Positions 31,490 to 41,824 of a DNA stretch of 64,000 nt are shown here, one piece after another. Below the pieces are notes generated by a model. That model did not search any database. It had not been told where the DNA came from and worked only from the letters and a program-made list of their open reading frames with translations. The stretch comes from a virus, in the IMG/VR virus record IMGVR_UViG_3300037083_000054, positions 58,835 to 122,834 of that record; one strand, 5' to 3'. Within the stretch, counting starts at the first letter, position 1. Every line of letters begins with the position of its first letter. The translations under genes were made by a program, and so were the position numbers.

Positions 31490-31903
31490 ATGGCCAACCA
31501 GTATCAGAATATGTGGGCGAACAGCACGATCCCGTGCTCTGTGATCCTTGTGCCCGACGCGACTCACAATAACTCCGTCAAACAAGCCGTTAGCGGTGCG
31601 ATTCGACCGAGCGGCATTTCGGTCAACTCGAACCGAACTCGCCCTGATCCCGATTTCTCGCTGACCACGCAAGCCCAACAAATTGCGGCGATTGCTGGTG
31701 AAGAAGTTGTTGTCTGGGTCGATGGGGCGACAGGCGTCGACTTGGTCTGCAATTATCCGTGGCTCGCCGGTGATCTGGTGATGTCCGACTCGAACGGCTA
31801 TGGCATCGAAGTGACCGCTGGAAACTTCTATGTCGCTCGTGCTCAGACGCCCGGTACGGTCGGAGCCTTGTGTCCGGTCGATATCGTGATTGGCAAGTTC
31901 TAA
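31490..31903 (+). CDS. Capsid decoration/cement protein
   Basis: 137 aa between scaffold and capsid; AGDLVMSDSNGYG..A motif. Confidence 0.65.
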   Translation: MANQYQNMWANSTIPCSVILVPDATHNNSVKQAVSGAIRPSGISVNSNRTRPDPDFSLTTQAQQIAAIAGEEVVVWVDGATGVDLVCNYPWLAGDLVMSDSNGYGIEVTAGNFYVARAQTPGTVGALCPVDIVIGKF

Positions 31904-32002
31904 CAAACCTTCGCGGCATGTGACCGCAAACGACGACTCAGTGAGAACGGGTCGATTACCAGATGGTGATCGACCCTTTATTTTTTTCGAAAGGCAAACA
32001 AG

Positions 32003-33073
32003 ATGGCTCCCGTACTGAACAGAGTTCTGCCGAATCAGTGGAACGTGTATGTTCCGAACGCCAAGGAATCTGGCAACTTGTTTGTCGATTTCAGCCGCAA
32101 CCCGGTTGACTTTAAAGTCAACCAATACTGTCAGCTTGTGCCCGTGCACCAAACGGTGGGGATTTGGTATCAGATGGGTCTCGATCAACGAGCACGCATC
32201 CTGGATACCGATGGGGCGAAGTATATGTTCCCGGACGGTGTTGACCGACCGGAAGCCCACGACCAGTCGGAATACTTTTCCGAACTGGGATTCCGCTGCC
32301 GCCGACGTTCGTACATGGACGTCATGGGCAAGATGATGAACGAACAGGCCGCATGGGATGAACGCGACCGCCGAAGTCGCGCCCTCGCTCAACTCGCGAT
32401 GACGTTCCGAACCCAACAGGTCATCACGAAACTGACCGATTCGACGCAGTATGCTTCGACGCACTACTGGGACTTGTCGCAGACGAATCAGTTCACCAAT
32501 CAGACGGGGAACTGGGCTCAATCGACGTCCGCTCGCGAAACGATCAAGAGAACCTTGAACGCCGCGAAACAGCAGATCCTGTTGGATACCCGAGCGGCGG
32601 TGAAGTCGAAAGACTTGCTGTTGATCATGGGTCCAGATACGGCGGCTCAGATCAGCGTGACGCAGGAAATCGTCGAACTTGTGAAGCAGAATGCGGGTGG
32701 AATCCAGTACCTGCAAAACAAGGGCGAGTACAAGAAGGACAACTACGGTTTGCCCGATCGGTTGTACGACACGGAATACGTCATCGAGGACACGGTCATT
32801 GTGACTTCACAACGCGGTCTGTTGACGCAAACCGCTCAGTTCGTGCTGCCACTCGGCACCGTGCTGTTGGTGCATCGTCCGAATTCGCTGGAAGGCATTG
32901 AAGGGGGTCGAAGCTTCTCGACCGTCTCGATGCACATCTACCGAAACGACGACTTGACGCTCGAAACCGATGCGGATAGTTGGAACCGTGTCGAACGCAT
33001 CGCGGTCACCGACAACTTCGATGTCAACATGACGGCCCCTGTGACCGGCATGCTGATTGTCAATGTCTGCTAA
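32003..33073 (+). CDS. Major capsid protein (HK97-fold inferred)
   Basis: 356 aa; position in the head operon and overall composition. Confidence 0.7.
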   Translation: MAPVLNRVLPNQWNVYVPNAKESGNLFVDFSRNPVDFKVNQYCQLVPVHQTVGIWYQMGLDQRARILDTDGAKYMFPDGVDRPEAHDQSEYFSELGFRCRRRSYMDVMGKMMNEQAAWDERDRRSRALAQLAMTFRTQQVITKLTDSTQYASTHYWDLSQTNQFTNQTGNWAQSTSARETIKRTLNAAKQQILLDTRAAVKSKDLLLIMGPDTAAQISVTQEIVELVKQNAGGIQYLQNKGEYKKDNYGLPDRLYDTEYVIEDTVIVTSQRGLLTQTAQFVLPLGTVLLVHRPNSLEGIEGGRSFSTVSMHIYRNDDLTLETDADSWNRVERIAVTDNFDVNMTAPVTGMLIVNVC

Positions 33074-33091
33074 TTTTCTTGAGGATGCGTC

Positions 33092-33655
33092 ATGGCTGTG
33101 ACCTCTTATGCAACCGGGTTAGATTTTCTAGCCCGGTATGACGCCAGACTCTTCGGGGATCTCGTCAGCGATGAGGGGTATCGCGTTCCGCCCAACGAAT
33201 TGCCAACGAATACCAATCTGATTGCGGCCCTCGAAGACGCCTACGGTGAGATTGTTTCGACGATCGTCGTTGGCGGACGATATACGCTTTATCAGATTGA
33301 TCCCGCGAATCTCAGCCCAGCCGCGATGTCTTATTTGGTGCGTTTGAATTGTGATCTGGCACTGATCTTGATTAAGCGACGTCGAGGCGTTGTGAGTGAT
33401 AAAGACAAGGCGATTATTGAGTCGGCTGCCAATCGCCTCAAGGCCCTGAAAGATGGAGCAGGTTATTTGCTCTCCATCACCGACACAATGGCCGATGCCA
33501 GCGTGATGAAACTTGCCAATCCCTTGACGGTGATTCCCATTTGGCGACGCAATACGATCCGTGGGCGAACGCGAGAATACTATCCGAATTACCCGGTCGA
33601 CCGTGGTCCCGGCTGTTCCAATACTTCAGGGCCATGTGGCCCCCCCTGTCAATAG
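33092..33655 (+). CDS. Head-tail adaptor (Mu gp36/DUF1320-like)
   Basis: SYAT..DF..RYD, AALEDAYGEI..GRY, LVRLNCDLA, A..RLKALKDG. Confidence 0.7.
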   Translation: MAVTSYATGLDFLARYDARLFGDLVSDEGYRVPPNELPTNTNLIAALEDAYGEIVSTIVVGGRYTLYQIDPANLSPAAMSYLVRLNCDLALILIKRRRGVVSDKDKAIIESAANRLKALKDGAGYLLSITDTMADASVMKLANPLTVIPIWRRNTIRGRTREYYPNYPVDRGPGCSNTSGPCGPPCQ

Positions 33656-33665
33656 GACTTGAAAC

Positions 33666-34235
33666 ATGACTAATATATTGCCGTTCCCTCTGACAGTGCC
33701 GTGCTTCGAAGTTGCGGGACCAACACAGATTTGGTGCAGCACCGGTTCGACGAATGCCATGCAGTTTTTGGGTGTCACCCGCAACGGGATTGAGATCAAC
33801 GAACAAGCCTTCATTTCTGAATTGAAGTCGGATTATGGGGGCGGTGAACAGGGTCCGCCCACCGATTATCAATATCTCGGCGAAATGCATTCGATCGTGG
33901 CGGAATTGGCTCAGTGGAATCCTGAGGTGCTTGCGGTTCTCGAAACTCGCGTGAATGCCGCGTATGCCTTGACACGAACCAAAGGGCAGTTGCTTCGTTG
34001 TTCCGGAGCGTACTTTCGCGTCCTGTTTTTGGCCGCGAACTTCGGTCGCAATTATACGAACGTCTATATCAACGAACCGATTGCCTACTCGCCGGTCGGA
34101 ACGCCTGCGACGTTCCCTCGCATCACATTTACGGGCTTGGAAGATTTGACGACAAATAGCAGCGGGGCCTATATCAATCCGAATGGTTCGCCGTGGAATG
34201 GAACATGGACGGTGTCTGGTTCGGTCGTGACTTAA
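33666..34235 (+). CDS. Putative tail tube protein
   Basis: LGVTRNGIEI motif; lies directly before the chaperone and tape measure genes. Confidence 0.6.
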   Translation: MTNILPFPLTVPCFEVAGPTQIWCSTGSTNAMQFLGVTRNGIEINEQAFISELKSDYGGGEQGPPTDYQYLGEMHSIVAELAQWNPEVLAVLETRVNAAYALTRTKGQLLRCSGAYFRVLFLAANFGRNYTNVYINEPIAYSPVGTPATFPRITFTGLEDLTTNSSGAYINPNGSPWNGTWTVSGSVVT

Positions 34236-34251
34236 TCGAATATGACTCTGT

Positions 34252-34281
34252 CAAGCCGTGATTGTCGTCACGGCTTGTTTG
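34252..34281 (+). terminator. Hairpin after the tail tube gene
   Basis: CAAGCCGTGA-loop-TCACGGCTTG followed by TTTG. Confidence 0.5.
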
Positions 34282-34325
34282 CTTTAGAATGACGTGTGAA
34301 CTCTCTCTAAGACAAGGATGTCAAG

Positions 34326-34969
34326 ATGATGTACCGATTATGGCTCTGGTTCCTGCAATGTCTCGGCTTTGACCCTCGCGGCATCTTTCGCTATTGGGAC
34401 GGCAAGCGATATCGGAATGGCGACCCCATGGAAATGGCTCGCAATCTCTGGTCCGTCAATATCACGCGACAACTCGCTCCGGGAATTCCGGGGATTGAAG
34501 AACCGTTTGACTCTGCCGTCTCCCGAAAACTCATTGCCTCTGGGATCGGCATGCAGATTCAACAAGGCTATGCGGAAGTCGATTATGCCGTCCGCACCGC
34601 ATGGGGCATTCAGCCGTTGTCACAAGGCGGCTTGACAGAAGAAGAGTGCGACCGTCTCTTGCTCCGCTTCGAGCGATATCTGGGTGATGTAAAAAAAAAT
34701 GGCAATCCTCCGCCGATTGCGTCTGTCAATACGGATACGAACACCGACGAATCTACCACGAAGAACGCACGGCCCACTGGTTATGCCTCGGAAGGGCATT
34801 CCTTCGAACTGCCAAATGTTACCGAATTGCTGTAGGTCTCTCGATGCCGGATTGGTGGATGTGTGATGCTCATAACATCACACCGGAATTAGCAACAAAA
34901 GAGTTTCTGGAATATGAACGGGCGGAAGCGATGGCCCGAGCACGACAAAACGGACGGACGCGAATGTGA
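34326..34969 (+). CDS. Tail assembly chaperone with programmed -1 frameshift (short form ends at 34835)
   Basis: A AAA AAA slippery run at 34691-34699; the -1 frame is open for 90 codons to TGA at 34967-34969, overlapping the next start. Confidence 0.75.
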
Positions 34970-36378
34970 ATAGCTTAGTCCAGATCATTCAGGCGATTGC
35001 TACAGCCGTCAATGCAAAAATGACGATGACGCTGTCGCAACGCATTTCGCAACTGTCGCATCAGATGCTGACGGGAAGCGGAGCGGGATGGATTGATCGG
35101 TCGACGGCGAGCGAGGGCATGCGACGGCAGAGACTCGGCACATCGGCAGAACGAGTCACTCAGGCCACGGAAAAACGGAACGACCTGAAAGGCAAAGTCG
35201 ATGCTCTCGGTGAGTTCCTGATCAATAATGCTCAGACGCTGACTGATAAAGAATTCAAACAACTTCAGAGAGCATTGGATCAATATACGCGACAGCTTGA
35301 TCGTGCTCGCGAGGTCCTAAAGAAAGTCACCGATTCCGACAAGAAATTGAAGGAGGAAAATGATCGGCTGACTCGGGCCGAGAATGCCGCATCACTTCGG
35401 CAACCAAAAGGGATTTGGGGTCAAGTTCAAAATGCATATACGAATCTTCGTCGCAAAATTGGACCGTCCGGACGCAAGCGATTACTCGCTGTTCACGATG
35501 TCATTTCCTCTGTCCTGAATCCAAAACGAGCGAAAGCGAAAGCGGCTACTGCCAGATCCCGAGCAGATCAAGCGAATAAGGCTTATTATTCCGCCAAAGC
35601 GGCACACAATCAGGCGATGGCGGTTCATCGAAAAAATCTCGAACTTCATCAACGCTCGCCGACTGTTCAAACCGCAAAAGATGTCGCGTCGAGTGAAAAC
35701 ACCCTTAAAAAAACTCGGCACGCGGTTGTTGAAGCTGGTCAAACAGTACAGGCATTAGCAGAAGTCGCAACCGGACTCGAAGGAATCGCTGCCGTTGGAG
35801 CGTTTATTAATCCGGTGATTGCGGGCATTGCCTCTGCATTCGCTCTAGCAGTTGTAGTCGTTTCTGCGGCTCTCGTTTTCATTAACAAAACGCTCGCAAG
35901 TGCTCAGAAAGAAGTTGAGCGGTTTCGTTCAGAACGCTCGCATTTTTCCTCGCAAGTTGCGGGAGCGGTTGCAAGATATGATGCTCAGTCGCTTCAGCTA
36001 GAACAGCGATCGACACGAGCGACCAGTGGAAGTGCGACTGAAGTCATTAAAGCCACAATGAACCTTCGAGAATCTATGCAAGATCGAAGCGAGCGATGGG
36101 AAAATATCGCAAATCAGCTTTTGTCCGCGACGATTTCGGTTGCCACATTCGCCAGCGATGTCTTGTCATCGGTTGATATTGTTACGCCAGTCGCGGAGGG
36201 AATATTGGCCATTGGCCGTTCCATTCTCACGCAATTCGGAATCAAGCTAGACGATATCAGCAAGAATACCAGTAAGTCCGCTGGAAACATGGGCCTCGAT
36301 GTGATCCAACTATTGAACAACGAAAATCGAAACGCTCGCGGCAATAAAGCATTTCCCCCACTGAAGCCCATTAAATAA
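34966..36378 (+). CDS. Tape measure protein (short)
   Basis: Helical, Ala-rich, with an internal hydrophobic stretch; follows the frameshifted chaperone. Confidence 0.7.
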   Translation: MNSLVQIIQAIATAVNAKMTMTLSQRISQLSHQMLTGSGAGWIDRSTASEGMRRQRLGTSAERVTQATEKRNDLKGKVDALGEFLINNAQTLTDKEFKQLQRALDQYTRQLDRAREVLKKVTDSDKKLKEENDRLTRAENAASLRQPKGIWGQVQNAYTNLRRKIGPSGRKRLLAVHDVISSVLNPKRAKAKAATARSRADQANKAYYSAKAAHNQAMAVHRKNLELHQRSPTVQTAKDVASSENTLKKTRHAVVEAGQTVQALAEVATGLEGIAAVGAFINPVIAGIASAFALAVVVVSAALVFINKTLASAQKEVERFRSERSHFSSQVAGAVARYDAQSLQLEQRSTRATSGSATEVIKATMNLRESMQDRSERWENIANQLLSATISVATFASDVLSSVDIVTPVAEGILAIGRSILTQFGIKLDDISKNTSKSAGNMGLDVIQLLNNENRNARGNKAFPPLKPIK

Positions 36379-36390
36379 AGTCAAGAAAAA

Positions 36391-38379
36391 ATGTCGTCTG
36401 GTTTTACTACTGTCAGCTATGGGAATATCACGCTATACCGCTGCGCGACACGGCAGGTCAATCAAGAGGAAATTCTCGATCCGAGCGGCACAGACCTTCG
36501 GTATATGCAGACGACCGTTACGGTCGAGGGGCGGCTGAATGGTCATGATCAAGGGACACAATGGTTGTTTTCTCAGCAGAGTAATTTAACGCAGTATTCG
36601 CTCACATATGCAGGGGGTGCTGACACTCCCAATGGGCTTGCGAGCATTCGCGAAGCGAGCATTCGCTATCAACTTCCGCCACGCCAAGTCTTTCTGATGC
36701 AAGTCGGCTGCGATCAAAATGGCGGCGGCGGTCAAACGTTGATTTCTGCGAAACCAGCTCCCCTCACCATGACTCCCGTCGGGCCTCGAAGTGCGGCAGT
36801 CAACATGAACGTTTCTGGAGTCGACCTCAATAATGGGCCGCACTGCAAGAGCTTTGTGATTACGAAAATTGTTGGCGACGAACAGTATACGGTCGAAGCG
36901 ACGTTTGTGGTCTGTAAAGTGGAATGCGATTCGAACGGCAATGTCAACGGAAATACGAAAGGGATTCTCTACAATCGCTGGTCATGTCAAGACACGATGG
37001 ATGCCAATTTAAGGACGTCCAGAGTCTACTCTGGGCAACTCGCTCTGACATCAGCCAATCTCAATATGCAGCAGTTGCGATGGCTTGTAATACCGCCGAT
37101 TGTCCAAATCTTTCGTCGCGACAATATCATGGTCGCGGCATCAGAAGACGGACTCCTCATGAATTGGTCGGTTACGGACACGGAAATCGCTCAGGCCGCT
37201 CCCTATCCCGCAAGGACATGGTCTGTTCGACATACACAATCCGCCAAATGGGCGATGTTTGGCGAATCGACCATTGATGTTCATTTGACGGGCGACTCCA
37301 ATGTCAATAAGGGAGACCTGCTCGAATTAGCATTGTATATCGTGACGGCTAAGATGTTTGGAACAACGCCGCCGAATCTCAATAACCTTGCCGTCAAACC
37401 CGCTGCGTTCTGGGCACAATTCAATATCACAAATATCGAGCTTGTCGATGTCATCGGTGATACGAATGAAATCATGGCGAGAGTGTCCGTTAAAAAGACG
37501 ATGACCGGACTGAATGGATTTGCGATTGTTGGAGACGTGGCTCAAAAATTCGGGCAGCCATTTGGCCCTACGGACTTCACGAATTCGGCATATGCCCGCG
37601 ATCAGAGACCTCCCTATAACCGAGCCTATTCGTGGGGCGGCGTTCCGGGGGATTCTCCGCCTTATGCCAGTCCCGCTGCCTCCATTGTCGGAATTTTTGC
37701 TTGTTACTTACAAAGCCCTTGCAATGATACGCATCAAACAGCCAATCCATCCAGTGGTGGCGGTGGACAAGCAACCAATCAGGCGATTGCCGATTTGAAC
37801 CTCTCGCCTCTGGCAATTACGAATGTGCCTTATACGGCGACCATCGTTCCGTCATTGGCTCCTGCGGATACAACAAATCCTTATCTCTCCACCAATTCCG
37901 ATAGCACATCCAATGCTTATACCTATTGGCAATTGGAAAATATTTATGTCAATAATGCATTGAATGTCCAAATGCCGATTGCTAGCGCTCCACAGCGATC
38001 CGGGTACAATTATTCGAACACGTGCTCCGTCGTGTCGCTATCACAAGGCGTGTCGCAACGAATTGTAAGAGTCAAAGCCGAGAGAGTGGGGTTAGAACCA
38101 CAGTTTCCAAATCAATGGAATATCCCTAATGTTATCTCTCAAAGTTCGGGAAACCCGACCGTTTCTCAGTTTTTTTTGAAATCGAAAATTCGCCCCTGTA
38201 CGCCCGTCATTACGCCTTTCGGGCAACAAATCTTTCGAGCGGATGCGGAGTATGTGTTGGCATTGAATCGCATGCCCAATCCAGGAGAGCAACTTGCTCT
38301 CGGCAATGATATCTGGTCGAATCTCGGATCGCAGGTCACAAATGCCAATGGGGCACTTACCAATTCTTCTTGGGGTTAA
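36391..38379 (+). CDS. Tail protein (distal tail/hub-like)
   Basis: 662 aa, beta-rich, directly after the tape measure gene. Confidence 0.55.
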   Translation: MSSGFTTVSYGNITLYRCATRQVNQEEILDPSGTDLRYMQTTVTVEGRLNGHDQGTQWLFSQQSNLTQYSLTYAGGADTPNGLASIREASIRYQLPPRQVFLMQVGCDQNGGGGQTLISAKPAPLTMTPVGPRSAAVNMNVSGVDLNNGPHCKSFVITKIVGDEQYTVEATFVVCKVECDSNGNVNGNTKGILYNRWSCQDTMDANLRTSRVYSGQLALTSANLNMQQLRWLVIPPIVQIFRRDNIMVAASEDGLLMNWSVTDTEIAQAAPYPARTWSVRHTQSAKWAMFGESTIDVHLTGDSNVNKGDLLELALYIVTAKMFGTTPPNLNNLAVKPAAFWAQFNITNIELVDVIGDTNEIMARVSVKKTMTGLNGFAIVGDVAQKFGQPFGPTDFTNSAYARDQRPPYNRAYSWGGVPGDSPPYASPAASIVGIFACYLQSPCNDTHQTANPSSGGGGQATNQAIADLNLSPLAITNVPYTATIVPSLAPADTTNPYLSTNSDSTSNAYTYWQLENIYVNNALNVQMPIASAPQRSGYNYSNTCSVVSLSQGVSQRIVRVKAERVGLEPQFPNQWNIPNVISQSSGNPTVSQFFLKSKIRPCTPVITPFGQQIFRADAEYVLALNRMPNPGEQLALGNDIWSNLGSQVTNANGALTNSSWG

Positions 38380-38382
38380 TTC

Positions 38383-38874
38383 ATGACACTTTCCATTAAC
38401 GCATCACTGACAATTGCGTCCACGTTGTCGATATTTGACAATCAAAACGATCCCGCCGCCAATCCGATTACGGTTGCAGCCAATCCGCCATATATCAATC
38501 AAACATGGAATGCCGCTCTCTCGCCAAACGGGACTGCTGGTTGGTGTGCTCAAGTCGTCATGACATCAGGAGCAGCAACAATTGACTTGACATCATTGAC
38601 TCAATTAGGACTGTCGACGCCCATTGATGCGACTGGTTTGAAGTCGCTGTTTTTTGTTTTCCAAGCTCCAACATCCAATACGAATCCGGTCAGCGTTGCT
38701 CCAGGCGGATCGAATGGCTATGCCTCTGTGGGAGAAGTTGGCCCGCTTTCACCGGGCGATATTGACGCTAAAACTACAGGTTCGGCAACCGCGATTAGTT
38801 CAACGAGCAAGACTATTTCCGTGACTGGAACTGGGTCTAACGCCATCAATATCTTCGTGGCTTTTGGATCATAA
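38383..38874 (+). CDS. Putative structural protein
   Basis: T/S/A/G-rich; TIDLTSL motif. Confidence 0.55.
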   Translation: MTLSINASLTIASTLSIFDNQNDPAANPITVAANPPYINQTWNAALSPNGTAGWCAQVVMTSGAATIDLTSLTQLGLSTPIDATGLKSLFFVFQAPTSNTNPVSVAPGGSNGYASVGEVGPLSPGDIDAKTTGSATAISSTSKTISVTGTGSNAINIFVAFGS

Positions 38875-38876
38875 TC

Positions 38877-39428
38877 GTGTCAACTGGATTCACTACAAGC
38901 AAGATTCGCCCCACAACCGCCATCGAAGTCCTCGAAGCGGTCGTGGCGAAGCTTCGGAATGGCGTTGAGCAATTCAACAGTGAAACGACCTGTTTCATTA
39001 CGGCGACTCCGGAACCGAGCGTCGAAGTCAGCGATAACATTTTTGCAACCGTGACGTTTATGGGCGGTCCGTTCGATCAGCCGATCATGGATGGTTCGGG
39101 AAATCAGGGCGTTGTGCAATTGGCATCAATTGTAATTGCCGTCTGGTCCCGCGTCGAATTGGATCAAATCGAGCGATTCAGCATTGGGGATACCGATCCC
39201 GCTCTCGGGTTACTCTCCCTGATGAAAGATGTTCTTGCGGCACTTGCCGGACGAAATCTGGACGGCGGAACCTATCAAGCCGCGTCATCGGTCTTGTTGC
39301 TGGAACCGATGTATCCCTCCCGCAGTCAACCGTCCCAGCCACGGCAAGTTGACAGCTTCGCGGGGTTCACGATACCATTTGACTGTAAGTTCTGGTGGAA
39401 CCTCGGAACTGTTTCGTCTCTCACATAA
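38877..39428 (+). CDS. Putative tail terminator/completion protein
   Basis: Size and position; VLEAVVAKLR..., alternating beta pattern. Confidence 0.45.
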   Translation: MSTGFTTSKIRPTTAIEVLEAVVAKLRNGVEQFNSETTCFITATPEPSVEVSDNIFATVTFMGGPFDQPIMDGSGNQGVVQLASIVIAVWSRVELDQIERFSIGDTDPALGLLSLMKDVLAALAGRNLDGGTYQAASSVLLLEPMYPSRSQPSQPRQVDSFAGFTIPFDCKFWWNLGTVSSLT

Positions 39429-39440
39429 CATGGACGTGCT

Positions 39441-40766
39441 GTGAAAACGCAAGAGAAGTCTTACAAACGCGAACCGTTTCGCATTGAATTGATTCAGCCA
39501 GACTTCACTGACGAACCGGTCAAGCATCTCGTCTTTCACGTCTATCCCAAAAAGATGAACGACTGCTGGCGATGGAATATCCAGCAACTCAAACAGCGTC
39601 CCGATTTCTTCAATGGGAAGCGATTTGTCGGCGTTGTGACCGACGATTCGACCTGGGACGCCGAAGAAGTCGTCAAGGAATTCGGCGATTACCGCGTCGA
39701 TCTCTGGTATGTCGCTCCGAACAATCCCGATCTGCGGGAAGTGGTGACATTCGTTCCGCTGATGAGCCAATTGCCTCGTGGTGTGAACGATGTGACGGCC
39801 TACATGCAAGCCAAAGGCGTTTCGCATCATCCCGACGAAGGTTCCATTCCGATGGGATGGGCGAAGGCGATGTATGCCGCATTACTCGATCACTGGCTCG
39901 AGGTCTTCGAAGCATTCAAGACCCATCCGATCGTCGGTTCCTTCAAGAAATACGACGATTTCAATATCTCAAAGTGCGATCAATGGCACTATTCCGGTTC
40001 CTTCTGCATGTTCCGAAATATCGAAGTCTTCCGACGCAAAGGATGGGACGATCCCCCGCGATGGTTTCTCGGCGTGGAAGCATGGCCTTCCCGAATCTTC
40101 GCAAGTCATGAAGGTTATTGTCTTGTTGGGGAGAATCCCGGTGATTTGCATCGGTACGGTTCTTGGATCAATCTGCACGAAGAATTGGAAGACTTCGGGA
40201 TTGATATCGGGATCAGCCCGGAAGGCATGCGAATTGAAATCGGCGGCGGCACGAAACCGCACGGTCATGGCTATCTGAATTGTGACCGGGTCATTCAGGC
40301 TGATATCGCCGTTGATTTGGAACTCGGCCAACTACCGTTTGACAGTGGCTCCGTGGCTCGCGTTTATTCCTCGCACTGCTTGGAGCATATTCGCAACGTC
40401 ACGGGCGTCATGCAAGAGATTCTGCGGGTTTGCAAAATCGGGGCAATCTTTATCTTGAAGCAGCCGCACTGGTTGCAGCAAATGGCGATGTGCTTTGACC
40501 ATAAACACGTCATCAGCGAAGATCAGGTTCGGCTCTGGTGCCAACATTCCGAACTCGACTTTCCGGACGGGAACAAACGATTCAAGCTGATTGACGTTCG
40601 GTATGTGGCAGGCGGTGACTTTGCTGAACTTCGCGGAATGCATCCGACTTGGACGGCGAAACAAGTGGCGAAATACGCTCCGGGGGCCAGTCACGAATGT
40701 GTATTCGTGATGCAGTGTGTCGAACGGCGATCAGAAATTCTCCTTTTGGAAAAGGGCATCGAATGA
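39441..40766 (+). CDS. Putative glycosyltransferase-like domain fused to a class I SAM methyltransferase
   Basis: N-domain with YMQAKG and HYSGSF; C-domain IEIGGG, NCD, VYSSHCLEH. Confidence 0.7.
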   Translation: MKTQEKSYKREPFRIELIQPDFTDEPVKHLVFHVYPKKMNDCWRWNIQQLKQRPDFFNGKRFVGVVTDDSTWDAEEVVKEFGDYRVDLWYVAPNNPDLREVVTFVPLMSQLPRGVNDVTAYMQAKGVSHHPDEGSIPMGWAKAMYAALLDHWLEVFEAFKTHPIVGSFKKYDDFNISKCDQWHYSGSFCMFRNIEVFRRKGWDDPPRWFLGVEAWPSRIFASHEGYCLVGENPGDLHRYGSWINLHEELEDFGIDIGISPEGMRIEIGGGTKPHGHGYLNCDRVIQADIAVDLELGQLPFDSGSVARVYSSHCLEHIRNVTGVMQEILRVCKIGAIFILKQPHWLQQMAMCFDHKHVISEDQVRLWCQHSELDFPDGNKRFKLIDVRYVAGGDFAELRGMHPTWTAKQVAKYAPGASHECVFVMQCVERRSEILLLEKGIE

Positions 40767-41146
40767 GCAAAATAGCGACAACGAAAAAAAGTGGTGAGTC
40801 TGTGAAATCATCATCCGGATTCGCAACAATTTGCGATTCACATAGATCGGTCATTCGAGCGATTACTCAACCGATGCCAGGATGTGACGCGGCCCCCGAA
40901 CCGGTTGTCCATAAGAGCTTGGGCTCTCTGGAACTCCATATTTCCAATCTTCAGAATTCCGTCGCGACACTTTATGACCGACTGGGCCCGCACGTCTTGT
41001 CGATCGCAAATCCTTCTCTGGCCGGAGATGAGGAATCTGGCGGAAGTTCACTTCCTGGCTTAGCGGAACGAATTTTCCAAGACGCCAAGCTGCTGGAAGG
41101 AATCAATAACCGACTGCAAGAGATCCTTCAACGATTGGAAATCTGA
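40763..41146 (+). CDS. Hypothetical coiled-coil protein
   Basis: ATGA overlap with the previous gene. Confidence 0.5.
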   Translation: MSKIATTKKSGESVKSSSGFATICDSHRSVIRAITQPMPGCDAAPEPVVHKSLGSLELHISNLQNSVATLYDRLGPHVLSIANPSLAGDEESGGSSLPGLAERIFQDAKLLEGINNRLQEILQRLEI

Positions 41147-41240
41147 TTCGATTTTCGCATCGGAAAACGAACCGATAAATAAGCGGCTTATTTATTTCGT
41201 GCAGGAAAAATAGGGAAATCATTGAAACGGAGGGCCATGG

Positions 41241-41810
41241 ATGGCCATTGCGACAGTCATTGATCATTTCGCTCCACGGGGCTTAATCGAAGCCGCGAAA
41301 GCGGAATGGCCGAAATCCGATTGGGGCGGCTGGATCTGCTATCCCGGCTCTGGAAAGATGGCCACAAAGCTTCCGTGTGGATTACCACGTTCAATTGAGA
41401 TTCTGCACAACGAAATGGCTAAGCTTGATCTCAACGGTACATTCCCGGATCTCGATTGGATGAATGGAGCGGGCATTCATCAAATGGAAGCGGGTGTTTC
41501 GCTCGGCTTACATCTGGATACCGAATACTTCCCGAATAAACCGTGGAAACGCGAATGGTCGGTCGTTCTCTATCTCGACGATGATTGTGGCGGGAACTTT
41601 GAGATTACCGATTCGGAAGGGAATGTGTTAGAAGAGATCGAATCGAAATCGAATCGACTGGCGTATTTCCCGACGCCCGGAACATGGCACCGCATTCAGA
41701 AGGCGACCGCGTTGCGTCGTTCCATTGTTTTGTTCTTCTGGTCATTGATGGAGTCGATGCCGGAATCTGGGGAACGTCGGGCTTTGTTTGTGGATGAGAA
41801 AACCCGTTAG
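41241..41810 (+). CDS. 2OG-Fe(II) oxygenase
   Basis: GAGIH, HLD (HxD), VVLYL, GGNFEI, NRL..F, WH, RRSI. Confidence 0.85.
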   Translation: MAIATVIDHFAPRGLIEAAKAEWPKSDWGGWICYPGSGKMATKLPCGLPRSIEILHNEMAKLDLNGTFPDLDWMNGAGIHQMEAGVSLGLHLDTEYFPNKPWKREWSVVLYLDDDCGGNFEITDSEGNVLEEIESKSNRLAYFPTPGTWHRIQKATALRRSIVLFFWSLMESMPESGERRALFVDEKTR

Positions 41811-41824
41811 AGCATGGATGTGAA

